63,977 nucleotides of DNA, filler included, from an uncultured bacterium (GCA_964372275.1; 7 parts of 7 records of this genome joined end to end with filler, not necessarily neighbours in it), one strand, 5' to 3'; numbered from the whole stretch's first letter, positions 44,994-56,605 are shown. The notes: generated by a model not told the origin, from the sequence alone. A program made the numbers and translations.

Positions 44994-45014
44994 CCCTCTC
45001 GCCGGCGGGGTGCG

Positions 45015-46403
45015 TCAGGCTGGCGCCGGCGGGGCGGCGCGGAGCGTCAGGGCGAAGGTGGAGCCGCGGCCGGGAGCGCTGTCGACCGACACGCGTCCGC
45101 CCATCGCCTCGGCGGCGTGTTTGACGATCGACAACCCCAGGCCCGTGCCGCCGAGCTCGCGCGATCGCGCCGGGTCGACCCGGTAGAAGCGCTCGAAGAT
45201 GCGGGGGAGCGCCGCCGCGGGGATGCCGATGCCGGTGTCGGCAATCTCGAACCGCACCGCACCCTCCGCGTCGACGGCGCGGACGGCGATCCGCCCCCCC
45301 TCGGGGGTGTACTGGACGGCGTTCTGCACCAGGTTGGCGAGCGCGCGATCGAGCAGCGTCGGATCGGCAAGGACCGAGATCCCCTCCGCGACGGCGGCGA
45401 CCTCGATCGAGAGCCGCTTGGCGCTCGCGGCCTCGCGGTACGGCTCGACCGAGCGCGCCAGGGCGGCCGCGACCGGCAACGGCTTCAGCTCCTCCGCCGC
45501 GTCGCGCGCCTCGATGCGCGACAGGTCGAGCAGGTCCTGCACCAGCGCCGCCAGGCGCGAGGCGTGACGCGCGATCACGTCGAGGAACGACCGCCGTGCC
45601 GCCGCGTCGTCGGCGGCCCCCATCGCCAGGGTGTCGCTCGCGCCGACGATCGCGGCAATCGGCGTCTTGAGCTCGTGCGACGCGTTGGCGACGAAGTCCC
45701 GCCGCACCTGCTCCAGCCGCTTGAGCTCGGTCACGTCGTGGAAGACGGCGACCAGCCCGGCGATCGAACCGGCATCGTGGGGGGGCGCCGACTCCCGGAG
45801 GAGCGAGAACCGGACTTCGAGCGTCCGCGCCGGCGTTCCGCTCGCGGTGATCGAAGTCGGCGCCGGCCGGTCGCCGCGGAGCGCCCCTGCCACCGCGTCG
45901 TGGAGGTCGGCCGAACGGATCGCCTCCAGCACGGTGTGACCCGTCAGATCGGCGGTCGCCCCGAGGATCTCCCGCAGCGAGGGGTTCGCCAGCACGATCC
46001 GCCCGGTCCGGTCGACCACCAGGACCCCTTCGACCATCCCCGCGAGCACCGCCGCCAGGCGATTCCGTTCGGCGGAGACCTCGCGCATCGCGCGCTCGAA
46101 GTTGGCGGCGATGTCGTTCAACGCCCGCGCCACCTCGCCGCGCTCGTCGATCGATCGCGCATCGCTGCGGCGCGCCAGCTCCCCCTGCGCCATCGCCCGC
46201 GCCGTCTGCGCCAGCTCGACCAACGGCTGCGCGAGGGCGGCGGAGACGGCGAACGACAGGATCGCCGAGGCCACCAGCGCAACCAGGGCCGCGGAGAGAC
46301 GGTCGGCGCCGAAGGCGTGCGCGATCTCCACGGACGCCACCGCCCCCCCCGCCAGGACCAGGTGGGAGAGGAGGAGGCGACCCCGGGCATTGACCGACGT
46401 CAC
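45015..46403 (-). CDS. phoR: PhoR-like sensor histidine kinase
   Basis: TM-HAMP-PAS; RRDFVANASHELKTP, NLVQNAVQYT, IFERFYRVD.ARSR..GGTGLGL; divergent from the pst operon. Confidence 0.87.
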   Translation of the reverse strand: MTSVNARGRLLLSHLVLAGGAVASVEIAHAFGADRLSAALVALVASAILSFAVSAALAQPLVELAQTARAMAQGELARRSDARSIDERGEVARALNDIAANFERAMREVSAERNRLAAVLAGMVEGVLVVDRTGRIVLANPSLREILGATADLTGHTVLEAIRSADLHDAVAGALRGDRPAPTSITASGTPARTLEVRFSLLRESAPPHDAGSIAGLVAVFHDVTELKRLEQVRRDFVANASHELKTPIAAIVGASDTLAMGAADDAAARRSFLDVIARHASRLAALVQDLLDLSRIEARDAAEELKPLPVAAALARSVEPYREAASAKRLSIEVAAVAEGISVLADPTLLDRALANLVQNAVQYTPEGGRIAVRAVDAEGAVRFEIADTGIGIPAAALPRIFERFYRVDPARSRELGGTGLGLSIVKHAAEAMGGRVSVDSAPGRGSTFALTLRAAPPAPA

Positions 46404-46440
46404 GCGCGGAATCTACCACCCGGGAGGGGCGAATGCCGGA

Positions 46441-46458
46441 TGTCACACGGTCGTAACG
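46441..46458 (+). promoter_or_regulatory. Putative Pho box
   Basis: TGTCACAcggtCGTAACG: GTCAC and GTAAC half-sites 11 bp apart upstream of pstS. Confidence 0.65.
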
Positions 46459-46517
46459 ATCTCCGTCTTTCGCCTCCGGCATCCTGGTCCTAACCGAAGG
46501 GACGGAGGTTCGACGAG

Positions 46518-47315
46518 ATGAAGAGAACGACCTGGATGCTCACTGCCGCCCTGCTGGCCGCCGCCGGCGGTTGCAAGCGATCCTCGGAGAAGACCTCCCT
46601 GACCGTGGCCGGTTCGACCTCGGTACAGCCGTTCGCCGAGCGGTGGGCGGAGGAGTACATGGCGACCCATCCCGACACCGAGATCCACGTGCAGGGGGGG
46701 GGATCGACCGCCGGCGTCCAGGCGACGATCGCGGGGACCACCGACATCGGAACCTGCTCGCGCGACCTGAAGCCCGAAGAGGCGGCGCAGGTGAAGCGGA
46801 TCGTGGTGGCTCGCGACGGCCTGACCGCGATCGCGCACCCCTCGAACGCGGTGACCGACCTCACTGCCGATCAGCTGCGCGGGATCTTCGCCGGTGACAT
46901 CAAGGACTGGAGCGAGGTCGGCGGACCGGCCGGCAGGATCACCGTCGTCACCCGCGAGATCGGATCCGGCGCGCGCGGCGCGTTCGAGGAGTTGGCGATG
47001 AAGGGGAAAGGGATCGCCGCGTCGGCGCTGGTGCAGGATTCGCAGGGAGCGGTGCGGCAGATGGTCTCCTCCGACCCGGCGGCGATCGGCTACATCGCCC
47101 ACGGGATGATCGACGCGTCGGTGAAGGCGTTGAAGGTCGACGGCGTCGAGGCGAGCCCGGAGACGGTCGCCGCCGGCAGGTATTCGCTCGTTCGCCCCTT
47201 CCTCTTCCTGACCAAGGGGGAGCCGGGAGGCAGCGCGAAGGCCTTCATCGACTGGGTGCTGGGCCCGGAGGGGCAGGAGGTCGCCAAGAAGGAGGGCCTG
47301 TTCCCGGTGTCATGA
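46518..47315 (+). CDS. pstS: Phosphate ABC transporter substrate-binding lipoprotein
   Basis: Lipobox AGGC; AGSTSV, GGGS..G, SR, RE.GSG.R. Confidence 0.95.
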   Translation: MKRTTWMLTAALLAAAGGCKRSSEKTSLTVAGSTSVQPFAERWAEEYMATHPDTEIHVQGGGSTAGVQATIAGTTDIGTCSRDLKPEEAAQVKRIVVARDGLTAIAHPSNAVTDLTADQLRGIFAGDIKDWSEVGGPAGRITVVTREIGSGARGAFEELAMKGKGIAASALVQDSQGAVRQMVSSDPAAIGYIAHGMIDASVKALKVDGVEASPETVAAGRYSLVRPFLFLTKGEPGGSAKAFIDWVLGPEGQEVAKKEGLFPVS

Positions 47316-48250
47316 AGCAGCTTCCCGACAAGGTGGTCGAGCGCGCGCTGCTGCTGATCGCGCTCTCCAGCGTCTCGATCCTGGCGCTGATCACGCTCTT
47401 CATCTTCCGCGAAGGGGGGCCGCTGATCGTGCAGGCGGGGTTGGGGAACTTCCTCTCCTCGCGCTGGAGCCCGGGGGAGGGCTTCTACGGCATCTCACTG
47501 ATGATCGTCGGCTCGATGGTGGTGACAGCGGGGGCGCTGGTTCTCGGCGTCCCGTTCGGGCTGGCCTGTGCCATCGTGCTCGCCGAGCTGGCGCCGGCGC
47601 GCGTGCGCGGGGCGCTCAAGCCGGCGATCGAGATCCTCGCCGGGATCCCGTCGGTCGTCTTCGGCTTCATGGGAATCGTGGTGCTCCTCCCGTGGATCCG
47701 CAACCACCTGGGCGGCGCGGGCGCGTCGGCGCTCGCCGGGTCGATCATCCTCGGGATCATGATCCTGCCGACGATGATCGGCATCTCGGTCGACGCGTTG
47801 CAGGCGGTGCCGCGCTCCTATCGCGAGGGATCGCTCGCCCTGGGGGCGACCCAGTGGCAGACGGTCCGGAGGGTGGTGCTTCCGGCGGCGCGCTCCGGGA
47901 TCGTCGCCGCGGCGATCCTGGGGATGGGTCGCGCGGTGGGCGAGACGATGGCGGTGATCATGGTCGCCGGGAATTCGGTGCAGATGCCCGGTTCGCCGCT
48001 CGACTCCGTCCGGACGCTGACCGCGAACATCGCGCTGGAGATGGGGTACGCCACCGGCGACCACCGCAAGGCGCTGTTCGCCACCGGGATCGTCCTGTTC
48101 GTGATCATCATGATCTTGAACTCCGCCGCCGACTTCGCGCGGGTGCGCCAGCGGCGGCGGCCGGCGCGCATCCAGAGCGCCGTCTTCACCGCCGCCGACC
48201 TGGCCGCCGCCCGCTCCGGCGCGCGTCCGAGCCCGGAGAACGGCGCGTGA
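47312..48250 (+). CDS. pstC: Phosphate ABC transporter permease
   Basis: LAGIPSVVFG, EGSLALGATQW, RAVGETMAV. Confidence 0.95.
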   Translation: MKQLPDKVVERALLLIALSSVSILALITLFIFREGGPLIVQAGLGNFLSSRWSPGEGFYGISLMIVGSMVVTAGALVLGVPFGLACAIVLAELAPARVRGALKPAIEILAGIPSVVFGFMGIVVLLPWIRNHLGGAGASALAGSIILGIMILPTMIGISVDALQAVPRSYREGSLALGATQWQTVRRVVLPAARSGIVAAAILGMGRAVGETMAVIMVAGNSVQMPGSPLDSVRTLTANIALEMGYATGDHRKALFATGIVLFVIIMILNSAADFARVRQRRRPARIQSAVFTAADLAAARSGARPSPENGA

Positions 48251-49107
48251 CCTCGCTCGCGCGCAGGATCCTCCCGCCGCGCCGGGCGCAGACGGTCGCG
48301 GAGGCGGCGCTGTGGACGGTGATGGCGCTGACGCTGGCCGTCCTCCTCTACATCCTCTTCTTCGTCCTCAGCCGGGGGTTGGGGCACGTCACCTGGACGT
48401 TCCTCACCGCGCCCCCGGCCGCGAGCGGCAAGGCGGGCGGCGTCTTCCCGATGATCGTCGGGACGCTGGCGGTGACGGCCCTGGCGACGCTCCTGGCGAC
48501 CCCGCTCGGTCTCGGGACGGCGATCTACCTCACCGAGTACACCCGCGGCGGCCGGCTCACCCGGGTGATCCGCTTCGGCGCGGAGTGCCTCGCCGGGGTT
48601 CCCTCGATCATCTTCGGGCTGTTCGGCTTCGTCTTCTTCGTCATCACGCTCGGGATGGGCTGGTCGATCCTCGCCGGCGGACTGACGCTGGCGTTCATGA
48701 TCCTCCCCACCGTGATCCGCACCTCGGAGGAGTCGATCAAGGCGGTCCCCCCGGCGTTCCGCGAGGTCTCGCTCTCGCTCGGCGCCAGCAAGTGGCAGTC
48801 GATCGTCAAGGTGGTGTTGCCGAGCGCCATGCCGGGGATCGTCACCGGCGTGATCCTGGGCGTGGGGCGCTCGATCAGCGAGACGGCGGCGGTCATCTTC
48901 ACCTCCGGATCGAGCCTCTCGCGCGCCATCCCGACCTCGCTGTTCGACGGCACGCGCACCCTTTCGGTGCACTTCTACCAGCTCGCGCGCGAAGGGATCT
49001 CCGCGGAGAAGGCCTACGCCACGGCGAGCGTGCTGGTGCTGGCGATCCTCGCCATCAACGTGAGCGCCTACGCGATCATGCACCGCTTCATGAGGCGCTA
49101 CCGATGA
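48247..49107 (+). CDS. pstA: Phosphate ABC transporter permease
   Basis: AIYLTEY, LAGVPSIIFGLFG, RTSEESIKAVP, RSISETAA. Confidence 0.95.
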   Translation: MTSLARRILPPRRAQTVAEAALWTVMALTLAVLLYILFFVLSRGLGHVTWTFLTAPPAASGKAGGVFPMIVGTLAVTALATLLATPLGLGTAIYLTEYTRGGRLTRVIRFGAECLAGVPSIIFGLFGFVFFVITLGMGWSILAGGLTLAFMILPTVIRTSEESIKAVPPAFREVSLSLGASKWQSIVKVVLPSAMPGIVTGVILGVGRSISETAAVIFTSGSSLSRAIPTSLFDGTRTLSVHFYQLAREGISAEKAYATASVLVLAILAINVSAYAIMHRFMRRYR

Positions 49108-49880
49108 CCCTGGGCCCGGCGACGCCGGAAGGGAAGATTGAGATCCGGTCCCTCTCCATCGCCTACGGCGACCAGACGGTCGTGCGGAACGTCGGCCTCG
49201 ACGTCCCGGCGAACTCGATCTACGCCTTCATCGGTCCGTCGGGAAGCGGGAAGACGTCGATCCTCCGAACCCTCAACCTCCTCTCGGTCGACGTCGACCG
49301 CGCGACCGTCACCGGCGAGGTGAAGATCGACGGGAAGGACCTCCTCCGCGGGCACTGGGAGCGGGCGATCCTCCGGCGGAAGATCGGGATGGTCTTCGCC
49401 ACGCCGCAGCCGCTTCCGCGCTCGATCTACGAGAACCTGATCTTCGGGCCCAAGCTCGCCGGCGTGCGTGGGAAGGCCACGTTCGACGAGATCGTCGAGA
49501 CCAGCCTCACCGCGGCGCAGCTCTGGAACGAGGTGAAGGATCGTCTGCACCACTCCGCCTTCGCGCTGTCCGGCGGGCAGCAGCAGCGCCTCTGCATCGC
49601 GCGGGCGATCGCCCTCGATCCGGAGGTGATCCTCCTCGACGAGCCGTGCTCCGGCCTCGACCCGATCTCGACCCTGAAGATCGAAGAGGCGATGGAATCG
49701 CTTCGCTCGCGTTTCACCTGGGTGATCGTCACCAACAACACCAAGCAGGCGGCGCGCGTCAGCGAACGGACCGCCTTCTTCCTCCTCGGGGAGCTGGTCG
49801 AGGACGGTCCAACGGAGCGCCTGTTCACCGCCCCCGAAGATCCGCGGACCGGCGACTACATCGAAGGGCGTTTCGGATGA
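49104..49880 (+). CDS. pstB: Phosphate ABC transporter ATPase (degenerate Q- and H-loops)
   Basis: [40 protein letters not shown]. Confidence 0.92.
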   Translation: MTLGPATPEGKIEIRSLSIAYGDQTVVRNVGLDVPANSIYAFIGPSGSGKTSILRTLNLLSVDVDRATVTGEVKIDGKDLLRGHWERAILRRKIGMVFATPQPLPRSIYENLIFGPKLAGVRGKATFDEIVETSLTAAQLWNEVKDRLHHSAFALSGGQQQRLCIARAIALDPEVILLDEPCSGLDPISTLKIEEAMESLRSRFTWVIVTNNTKQAARVSERTAFFLLGELVEDGPTERLFTAPEDPRTGDYIEGRFG

Positions 49881-50635
49881 CGGAGCCGACCGCGACGCCG
49901 GCCAAGATCCGCACGGACGGGCTCGACCTGTACTACGGCGCCTTCCATGCGCTCAAAGGGGTCGGGATCTCGATCGCGCGGAACCGGATCACCGCGCTGA
50001 TCGGGCCGTCCGGGTGCGGGAAGTCGACCTTGCTGCGGACCTTCAACCGCATGAACGATCTGATTGCCGGTTGCCGGGTGGAGGGGACGGTGGAGCTCGA
50101 CGGCCGGCCGATCTACGGCGCCGAGGTCGACATCGACGCCCTGCGCAAGCGGATCGGGATGGTCTTCCAGCGTCCCAACCCCTTCCCGCTCTCGGTCTAC
50201 GAGAACGTCGCCTACGGTCCGCGGATCCACGCGCTCGCGTCCGGCGACGATCTCTTCGCGCGCGTCGAGAAGAGTCTCGCCGCCGTCGGTCTATGGGACG
50301 GACTCAAGGACCGTCTCGACGAGAACGCGCTGGCGTTGTCGGGCGAACAGCAGCAGCGCCTCTGCATCGCGCGCGTACTGGCGGTCGAGCCGGAGGTCCT
50401 CCTGATGGACGAGCCCTGCTCCGCGCTCGACCCGATCGCCACCATGCGCATCGAAGAGCTGATGCAGGAGCTCTACGCACGGTACACGATCGTGATCGTG
50501 ACCCACAACATGCAGCAGGCGGCCCGCGTCTCGCANNNNNNNNNNGCCGAGGCCGCCGGCCTCCGAGACCGCCACCGCCAGATCAGCCCGCGCGACGAAC
50601 GCACCGAGGACTACGTCTCCGGACGCTACGGATAG
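49877..50635 (+). CDS. pstB: Phosphate ABC transporter ATPase (contains scaffold gap)
   Basis: [49 protein letters not shown]; 10-N gap at 50536-50545. Confidence 0.93.
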   Translation: MTEPTATPAKIRTDGLDLYYGAFHALKGVGISIARNRITALIGPSGCGKSTLLRTFNRMNDLIAGCRVEGTVELDGRPIYGAEVDIDALRKRIGMVFQRPNPFPLSVYENVAYGPRIHALASGDDLFARVEKSLAAVGLWDGLKDRLDENALALSGEQQQRLCIARVLAVEPEVLLMDEPCSALDPIATMRIEELMQELYARYTIVIVTHNMQQAARVSXXXXAEAAGLRDRHRQISPRDERTEDYVSGRYG

Positions 50636-50643
50636 GAACGACC

Positions 50644-51324
50644 ATGTCGGAACAACACGATCACATCTACAAGCCGTTCGACGCCGAGCTGCGGTCGCTC
50701 AAGGACCAGCTCCTCGGGATGGGGGCCCTGGTCGAAGCGCACATCGCCGACGCGATGAAGGCGCTCACCGACCGCGACGTGGCGCGGGCCAAGATCGTGA
50801 TCGAGGAGGACCGGCGGGTGAACCAGATGGAGCTCGCCATCGACGACCTCTGCGTCAAGATGCTCGCCCTCCGCCAGCCGGCCGCCTCCGACCTCCGGTT
50901 CATCGCGGCCGCGCTCAAGATCGTCACCGACCTGGAGCGGATCGGAGACCTCACCGTGAACATGGCCGAGCGGGCCGAGGCGCTGGCCGGCGAGCCCCCC
51001 CTCAAGGCGGCGGTCGACCTGCCGCGGATGGCGGGGGCGGCGCAGAAGATGCTCCGGGACGCGATGGACGCCTTCGTGAAGCACGACATCGCCAAGGCCG
51101 AATCGGTGCTCGCCGCCGACGGTCAGATCGACGCCTGGCTGGTGGAGGTGTTCGACAAACTGCGCGACGAGATGCGGAGCGATCCCTCGGCGATCCACCG
51201 CGGAATCGCCACCATCTTCTTCGCCAAGCACATCGAGCGCCTGGCCGACCACACCACCAACATCGCCGAGATGGTCGTCTACCTGGTGAAGGGGAAGGAC
51301 ATCCGTCACGGGAGGACGCGCTAG
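50644..51324 (+). CDS. phoU: Phosphate signalling complex protein PhoU
   Basis: ALRQPAASDLR, DLERIGD, ERLADHTTNIAE. Confidence 0.96.
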   Translation: MSEQHDHIYKPFDAELRSLKDQLLGMGALVEAHIADAMKALTDRDVARAKIVIEEDRRVNQMELAIDDLCVKMLALRQPAASDLRFIAAALKIVTDLERIGDLTVNMAERAEALAGEPPLKAAVDLPRMAGAAQKMLRDAMDAFVKHDIAKAESVLAADGQIDAWLVEVFDKLRDEMRSDPSAIHRGIATIFFAKHIERLADHTTNIAEMVVYLVKGKDIRHGRTR

Positions 51325-51424
51325 NNNNNNNNNNNNNNNNNNNNNNNNNNNNNNNNNNNNNNNNNNNNTTAATTAATTAANNNNNNNNNNNNNNNNNNNN
51401 NNNNNNNNNNNNNNNNNNNNNNNN
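51325..51424. other. Artificial contig linker
   Basis: N runs with TTAATTAATTAA. Confidence 0.99.
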
Positions 51425-51745
<321 letters not shown>

Positions 51746-51801
51746 TCAAACCCGTGGCGTCGTCGACTCGCGCCCCTCGCGCCGCGCCCGCGTGCCGGAG
51801 G

Positions 51802-53097
51802 CTAGAACCGCTCGATCTGCATGTCGTCGTCGCCGGGGTTCGGATCGCCGCCGCCGGAGCCGGATTTCGGGGGGGTCGGGCGCGGGGGTGCAGCCGGCCG
51901 CGCCGCCGCGCCACGGGGCGGAACGGGGGTGACCGGCCGCGTCGCGCTCGCCCCGCCGATCGGCACGGCGCCCCCGGCCGGCGGTACCGCCGTCTTGTCG
52001 AAGTTTTCCCAGGTCGAATCGGAGGTGGAGCTGATCCCCTGGAACCGCAGCGCGAAGTCGTCGGGGTTGGTGCAGTTGCGGAGCGCGATCTCGTAGGTGA
52101 TCAGGTTGGAGCGCACCAGCGCCATGAGCGACTGGTCGAACGTCTGCATCCCGTAGGTGGTGAACCCGTTGGCGATGGCGTCCGGCAGCTCCTTGGTCCG
52201 GTCCGGGTTTTCGATCATCTCGCGCGTGGTCGACGTCGAGACCAGCACCTCCACCGCGGGGACGCGGCCGCGGCCGTCCGCCATCGGAACGAGCCGCTGG
52301 CTGATGATCCCTTTGAGGATTCCGCCGAGCTGCAGGCGCACCTGTTTCTGCTGATACGGAGGGAAGGCGGCGACGATGCGGGTGATCGTCTCGGCGGCGT
52401 CGAGCGTATGCAGGGTGCTGACGACCAGGTGCCCGGTCTCGGCGGCGGTCAGCGCCGTCTCGATCGTCTCCAGGTCGCGCATCTCGCCCACCAGGATCAC
52501 GTCCGGATCCTGCCGCAGCGCCGATCGCAGCGCCTGGGCGAACGACATCGTGTCGACCCCCACCTCGCGCTGGTTGATGATCGAGCGCTTGTCGCGCATC
52601 AGAAACTCGATCGGGTCCTCGATCGTCACGATGTGCGAGGTCCGGGTGGCGTTGATGTGGTCGATGATCGCGGCGAGCGTGGTCGACTTTCCGGAACCGG
52701 TCGTCCCGGTGACCAGGATCAGGCCGCGCTCGTTCCCGGCGATCCGCTCGATCACCTTCGGCAGGTGGAGCTGCTCGATCGACGAGATCTTGAACGGGAT
52801 GACCCGCAGGACCATCCCCGTCGTGCCGCGCTGCTGGAAGACGTTGACGCGGAATCGGCCCAAGCCCGGTACGCCGTAGGCCATGTCGAGCTCGTTGTAC
52901 TGGGCGAACTTCTCCCGCTGGAAGGCGTTCATGATCCCCATCGCCGTCTTGGTGACATGCTCCGGGGGCAGCCGCTGGGAGTCCTTGAGCGGGACGAGCG
53001 CGCCGTCGATGCGGAACATCGGCGGCAGCCCAGCCTTCAGATGGATGTCCGAGGCCCCGCCCTGCAACGCGATCTTCAGGATCTCGTTCAGCTCCAT
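51802..53097 (-). CDS. pilT: PilT/PilU family type IV pilus retraction ATPase
   Basis: ASDIHLKAG, GRFRVN, GTTGSGKSTT, TIEDPIE, LRQDPDVILVGEMRD, TGHLV.STLH, GMQTFDQ; AIRNLIRE motif not conserved. Confidence 0.88.
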   Translation of the reverse strand: MELNEILKIALQGGASDIHLKAGLPPMFRIDGALVPLKDSQRLPPEHVTKTAMGIMNAFQREKFAQYNELDMAYGVPGLGRFRVNVFQQRGTTGMVLRVIPFKISSIEQLHLPKVIERIAGNERGLILVTGTTGSGKSTTLAAIIDHINATRTSHIVTIEDPIEFLMRDKRSIINQREVGVDTMSFAQALRSALRQDPDVILVGEMRDLETIETALTAAETGHLVVSTLHTLDAAETITRIVAAFPPYQQKQVRLQLGGILKGIISQRLVPMADGRGRVPAVEVLVSTSTTREMIENPDRTKELPDAIANGFTTYGMQTFDQSLMALVRSNLITYEIALRNCTNPDDFALRFQGISSTSDSTWENFDKTAVPPAGGAVPIGGASATRPVTPVPPRGAAARPAAPPRPTPPKSGSGGGDPNPGDDDMQIERF

Positions 53098-53129
53098 CGG
53101 ATCGATTCTACGCCCCTTCGGGGAGTTGG

Positions 53130-53477
53130 CTACCGGCAGAGCGTGCTGCCGGGGATCCGGCAGGCGATCTCCGTGACCGCGGCGCGCGCGCCGATGAGCA
53201 GGAGGTAGGCCCCCGCCACCACGATCACCACCCGAAGGGCGAGCTGTGCCGGACTCCACGCCGTGTGCGGTCGATCTTCCGGCGGTGGCGGCAAGGTGGG
53301 GACCGGCCGAACCGATCGCCCGCCGAGACCGATGTCGGGCTTGGTCGGCCCGGAGGGCGGCGCCTGGCCCGCCAGCGTCGGTTCGGCGCCGAACCCGTCG
53401 GGCGCCGCGCCACACCAGGGACAGACCTGACCGGCGGAGGAGAGCTGACCCGAGCAGGACGGACAGACGGCGGACAT
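53130..53477 (-). CDS. Small zinc-ribbon membrane protein
   Basis: CPSC...CPWCG, Pro-rich linker, C-terminal TM. Confidence 0.65.
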   Translation of the reverse strand: MSAVCPSCSGQLSSAGQVCPWCGAAPDGFGAEPTLAGQAPPSGPTKPDIGLGGRSVRPVPTLPPPPEDRPHTAWSPAQLALRVVIVVAGAYLLLIGARAAVTEIACRIPGSTLCR

Positions 53478-53508
53478 GTCGGCATCGTACTCCGTCCGGC
53501 CGGCGGCG

Positions 53509-53548
53509 AAAAAAAGACGCGATCGGAGACCATCGGTCTCCGACCGCG
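53509..53548 (-). terminator. Probable intrinsic terminator downstream of recA
   Basis: Minus strand CGCGGTCGGAGACC-gat-GGTCTCCGATCGCG stem followed by TCTTTTTTT. Confidence 0.7.
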
Positions 53549-53675
53549 CCCGTGGTCCCGGAGAAGACCCCCCAGTGGGCCGATCCCCGAGTCGTTGGCC
53601 GGACGATCTACTCGTACGCCCGGCGCCGACAAGAGAATTCAAGAACCGCCGCCGAGGGGCGCGTGCAGAATCGAA

Positions 53676-54741
<1,066 letters not shown>

Positions 54742-54951
54742 GTGCGGGACCCCTTTCGGTATTCTGTTCGTATCTGGTTATCCTCGATTTCGCCGGCGCC
54801 TGCAACCGGAAAATCGGCGATCGGCGGCAACACCGGCGTCGCGTCGAGCCGTGGCGTCGATTCGCGCCAGGCGAGCCCCCCCCGTGGCGCGAACCGCGCC
54901 ACGCCGTCGATCCACGGTCGCACGACACTCATCCGCGCCCGCCGATTTCGT

Positions 54952-56208
54952 TCACGAACGCACCCCCAACAGGAGGCGCCGCGCCAGGTCGATCGCCGCG
55001 TAGGCCGAGCCGACCCGGATCCGTTCCCGATCGCCGCCGAGTCGCAGCCCGCGCGTCTCGACCCCCTCGTCGGACGCGCAGGCGATCCAGACCGTGCCGA
55101 CCGGTTTGGTCGGCGTCCCCCCCGACGGACCGGCGATTCCGGTGATCGACAGCGCCAACCCGGCCCCCGACCGGTCCAACGCCCCGGCCGCCATCTCCCG
55201 CGCGCACGCCTCGGAGACGGCGCCGTGTTCGGCGAGCGTCCGCGCGTCGACCCCCAACATCTCCCGCTTCGAGTCGTCGGAGTAGGTGATCCATCCGCGA
55301 TCGAACCAGCGGCTCGCCCCCGGCGAGTCGGTGAGCAGCCGCCCGAGCAGTCCGCCGGTGCACGACTCGGCGACCGCCAGGCGGATCCCCTTCGCCTCGA
55401 GCAGCCCCCCGAGCACCGACGGCAGCGTCTCGTCGTCGAGCCCGAACACCCGTACCCCCAACCGCTGCCGGATCGCCGACTCGGCCGCGTCGAGCGCCGG
55501 CCCCAACCGCGACGACTCCCCGGCGGCGTAGAGGCGCACATGCACCTCGGGGATGCTGGCGCGAAACCCGACCGTGATCTCCGCCGGCCAGACGATGCCG
55601 GCGAGCTCGGTCTCGACCTTCGACTCCCCCAGACCGCAGGTGCGGACCGCTCGCGTGGCAAAGGCGGTCGTCGCCCCCGCGGCGGCGCGGGCGCGGTCGA
55701 TCCTCGGCAGCACCTGCTCGTCGAGCATCGTCGTGAACTCGTGCGGCACGCCGGGGAGGAAATATCCGGTCGCGCGGCCGAGCCGCACGGCGAAGCCGGG
55801 GGCGGTGCCGACCGGGTTCGGCAGCACCTCGCACCCCTGCGGGAGATCGGCCTGCTTCCCGTTGTTGGGCGTCATCTCCCGCCCGAGCTTGTGGAAGATT
55901 GTCTCGATGGCGGCGAGCGCCTGCGCATCGCGCACGAGCGGCACCCCCGCGACCGCCGCCGCCGCCGCCGCGCTGCGATCGTCTTCGGTCGGTCCGAGCC
56001 CTCCGCTGACGACCACCACGTCGGCGCGCGCCGCCGCCTCCCGGAGCGCCGCTTCGATCTCCGCCTGTGCGTCGCCGACGGAGGTCGCGCGCCGGAGGAG
56101 AACGCCGCGCTCCCGCAGCCGCCGGGCCGCGTGCCCGGTGTTGGTGTCGAGGATCGCGCCGGTCATCAGCTCGTCCCCCGTCGCCACGACCTCGGCTTCG
56201 AACCGCAT
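54952..56208 (-). CDS. cinA: Competence/damage-inducible protein A (CinA, NMN deamidase)
   Basis: GDELMTG..LDTN, GGLGPTEDD, GTAPG, LPGVPHE, AESCTGG, GAVS, TGIAGP.GG...KPVGTV. Confidence 0.95.
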   Translation of the reverse strand: MRFEAEVVATGDELMTGAILDTNTGHAARRLRERGVLLRRATSVGDAQAEIEAALREAAARADVVVVSGGLGPTEDDRSAAAAAAVAGVPLVRDAQALAAIETIFHKLGREMTPNNGKQADLPQGCEVLPNPVGTAPGFAVRLGRATGYFLPGVPHEFTTMLDEQVLPRIDRARAAAGATTAFATRAVRTCGLGESKVETELAGIVWPAEITVGFRASIPEVHVRLYAAGESSRLGPALDAAESAIRQRLGVRVFGLDDETLPSVLGGLLEAKGIRLAVAESCTGGLLGRLLTDSPGASRWFDRGWITYSDDSKREMLGVDARTLAEHGAVSEACAREMAAGALDRSGAGLALSITGIAGPSGGTPTKPVGTVWIACASDEGVETRGLRLGGDRERIRVGSAYAAIDLARRLLLGVRS

Positions 56209-56605
56209 CGCCCCTCCGTCACCGCTCGCGCCGCCGATCGCACGGCGGTCCGCCGCTGCAGCGACCGTGCCCGACCAGCCCGCGCGCGCGGAGGCGAAGC
56301 TTACGCGGCGAGGCCGGACGCGGTCACGCGCGGTTGCGGCGAAACGCGCCGGCGTCGCCCCGCGGCGCCCGCCACGACGGATACGCCCCGCGTCCGGAAC
56401 TCCGGACCCCGCCCGGACACCCGGCACGAGTCGCCGGCGCACCGTCTATTCGCCAGTACTACGGGCGAGCGGCTCCGAGATCCTCCCGTGAGTCGCGCAG
56501 TTCGCTCTTGAAGTGTGCCCGTTCTTCGACCATGTCGAAGGATTCGCCCTTCTTCCAGTTGTTGAGCGGGACTCCGTCGGGCGGAAGATTGAGAGGCGAG
56601 AATTG

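Noticed and set aside
50536..50585. Unusual [12 protein letters not shown] segment in PstB2
   Set aside because: It follows a 10-N scaffold gap and does not match PstB, so it is most likely local misassembly.
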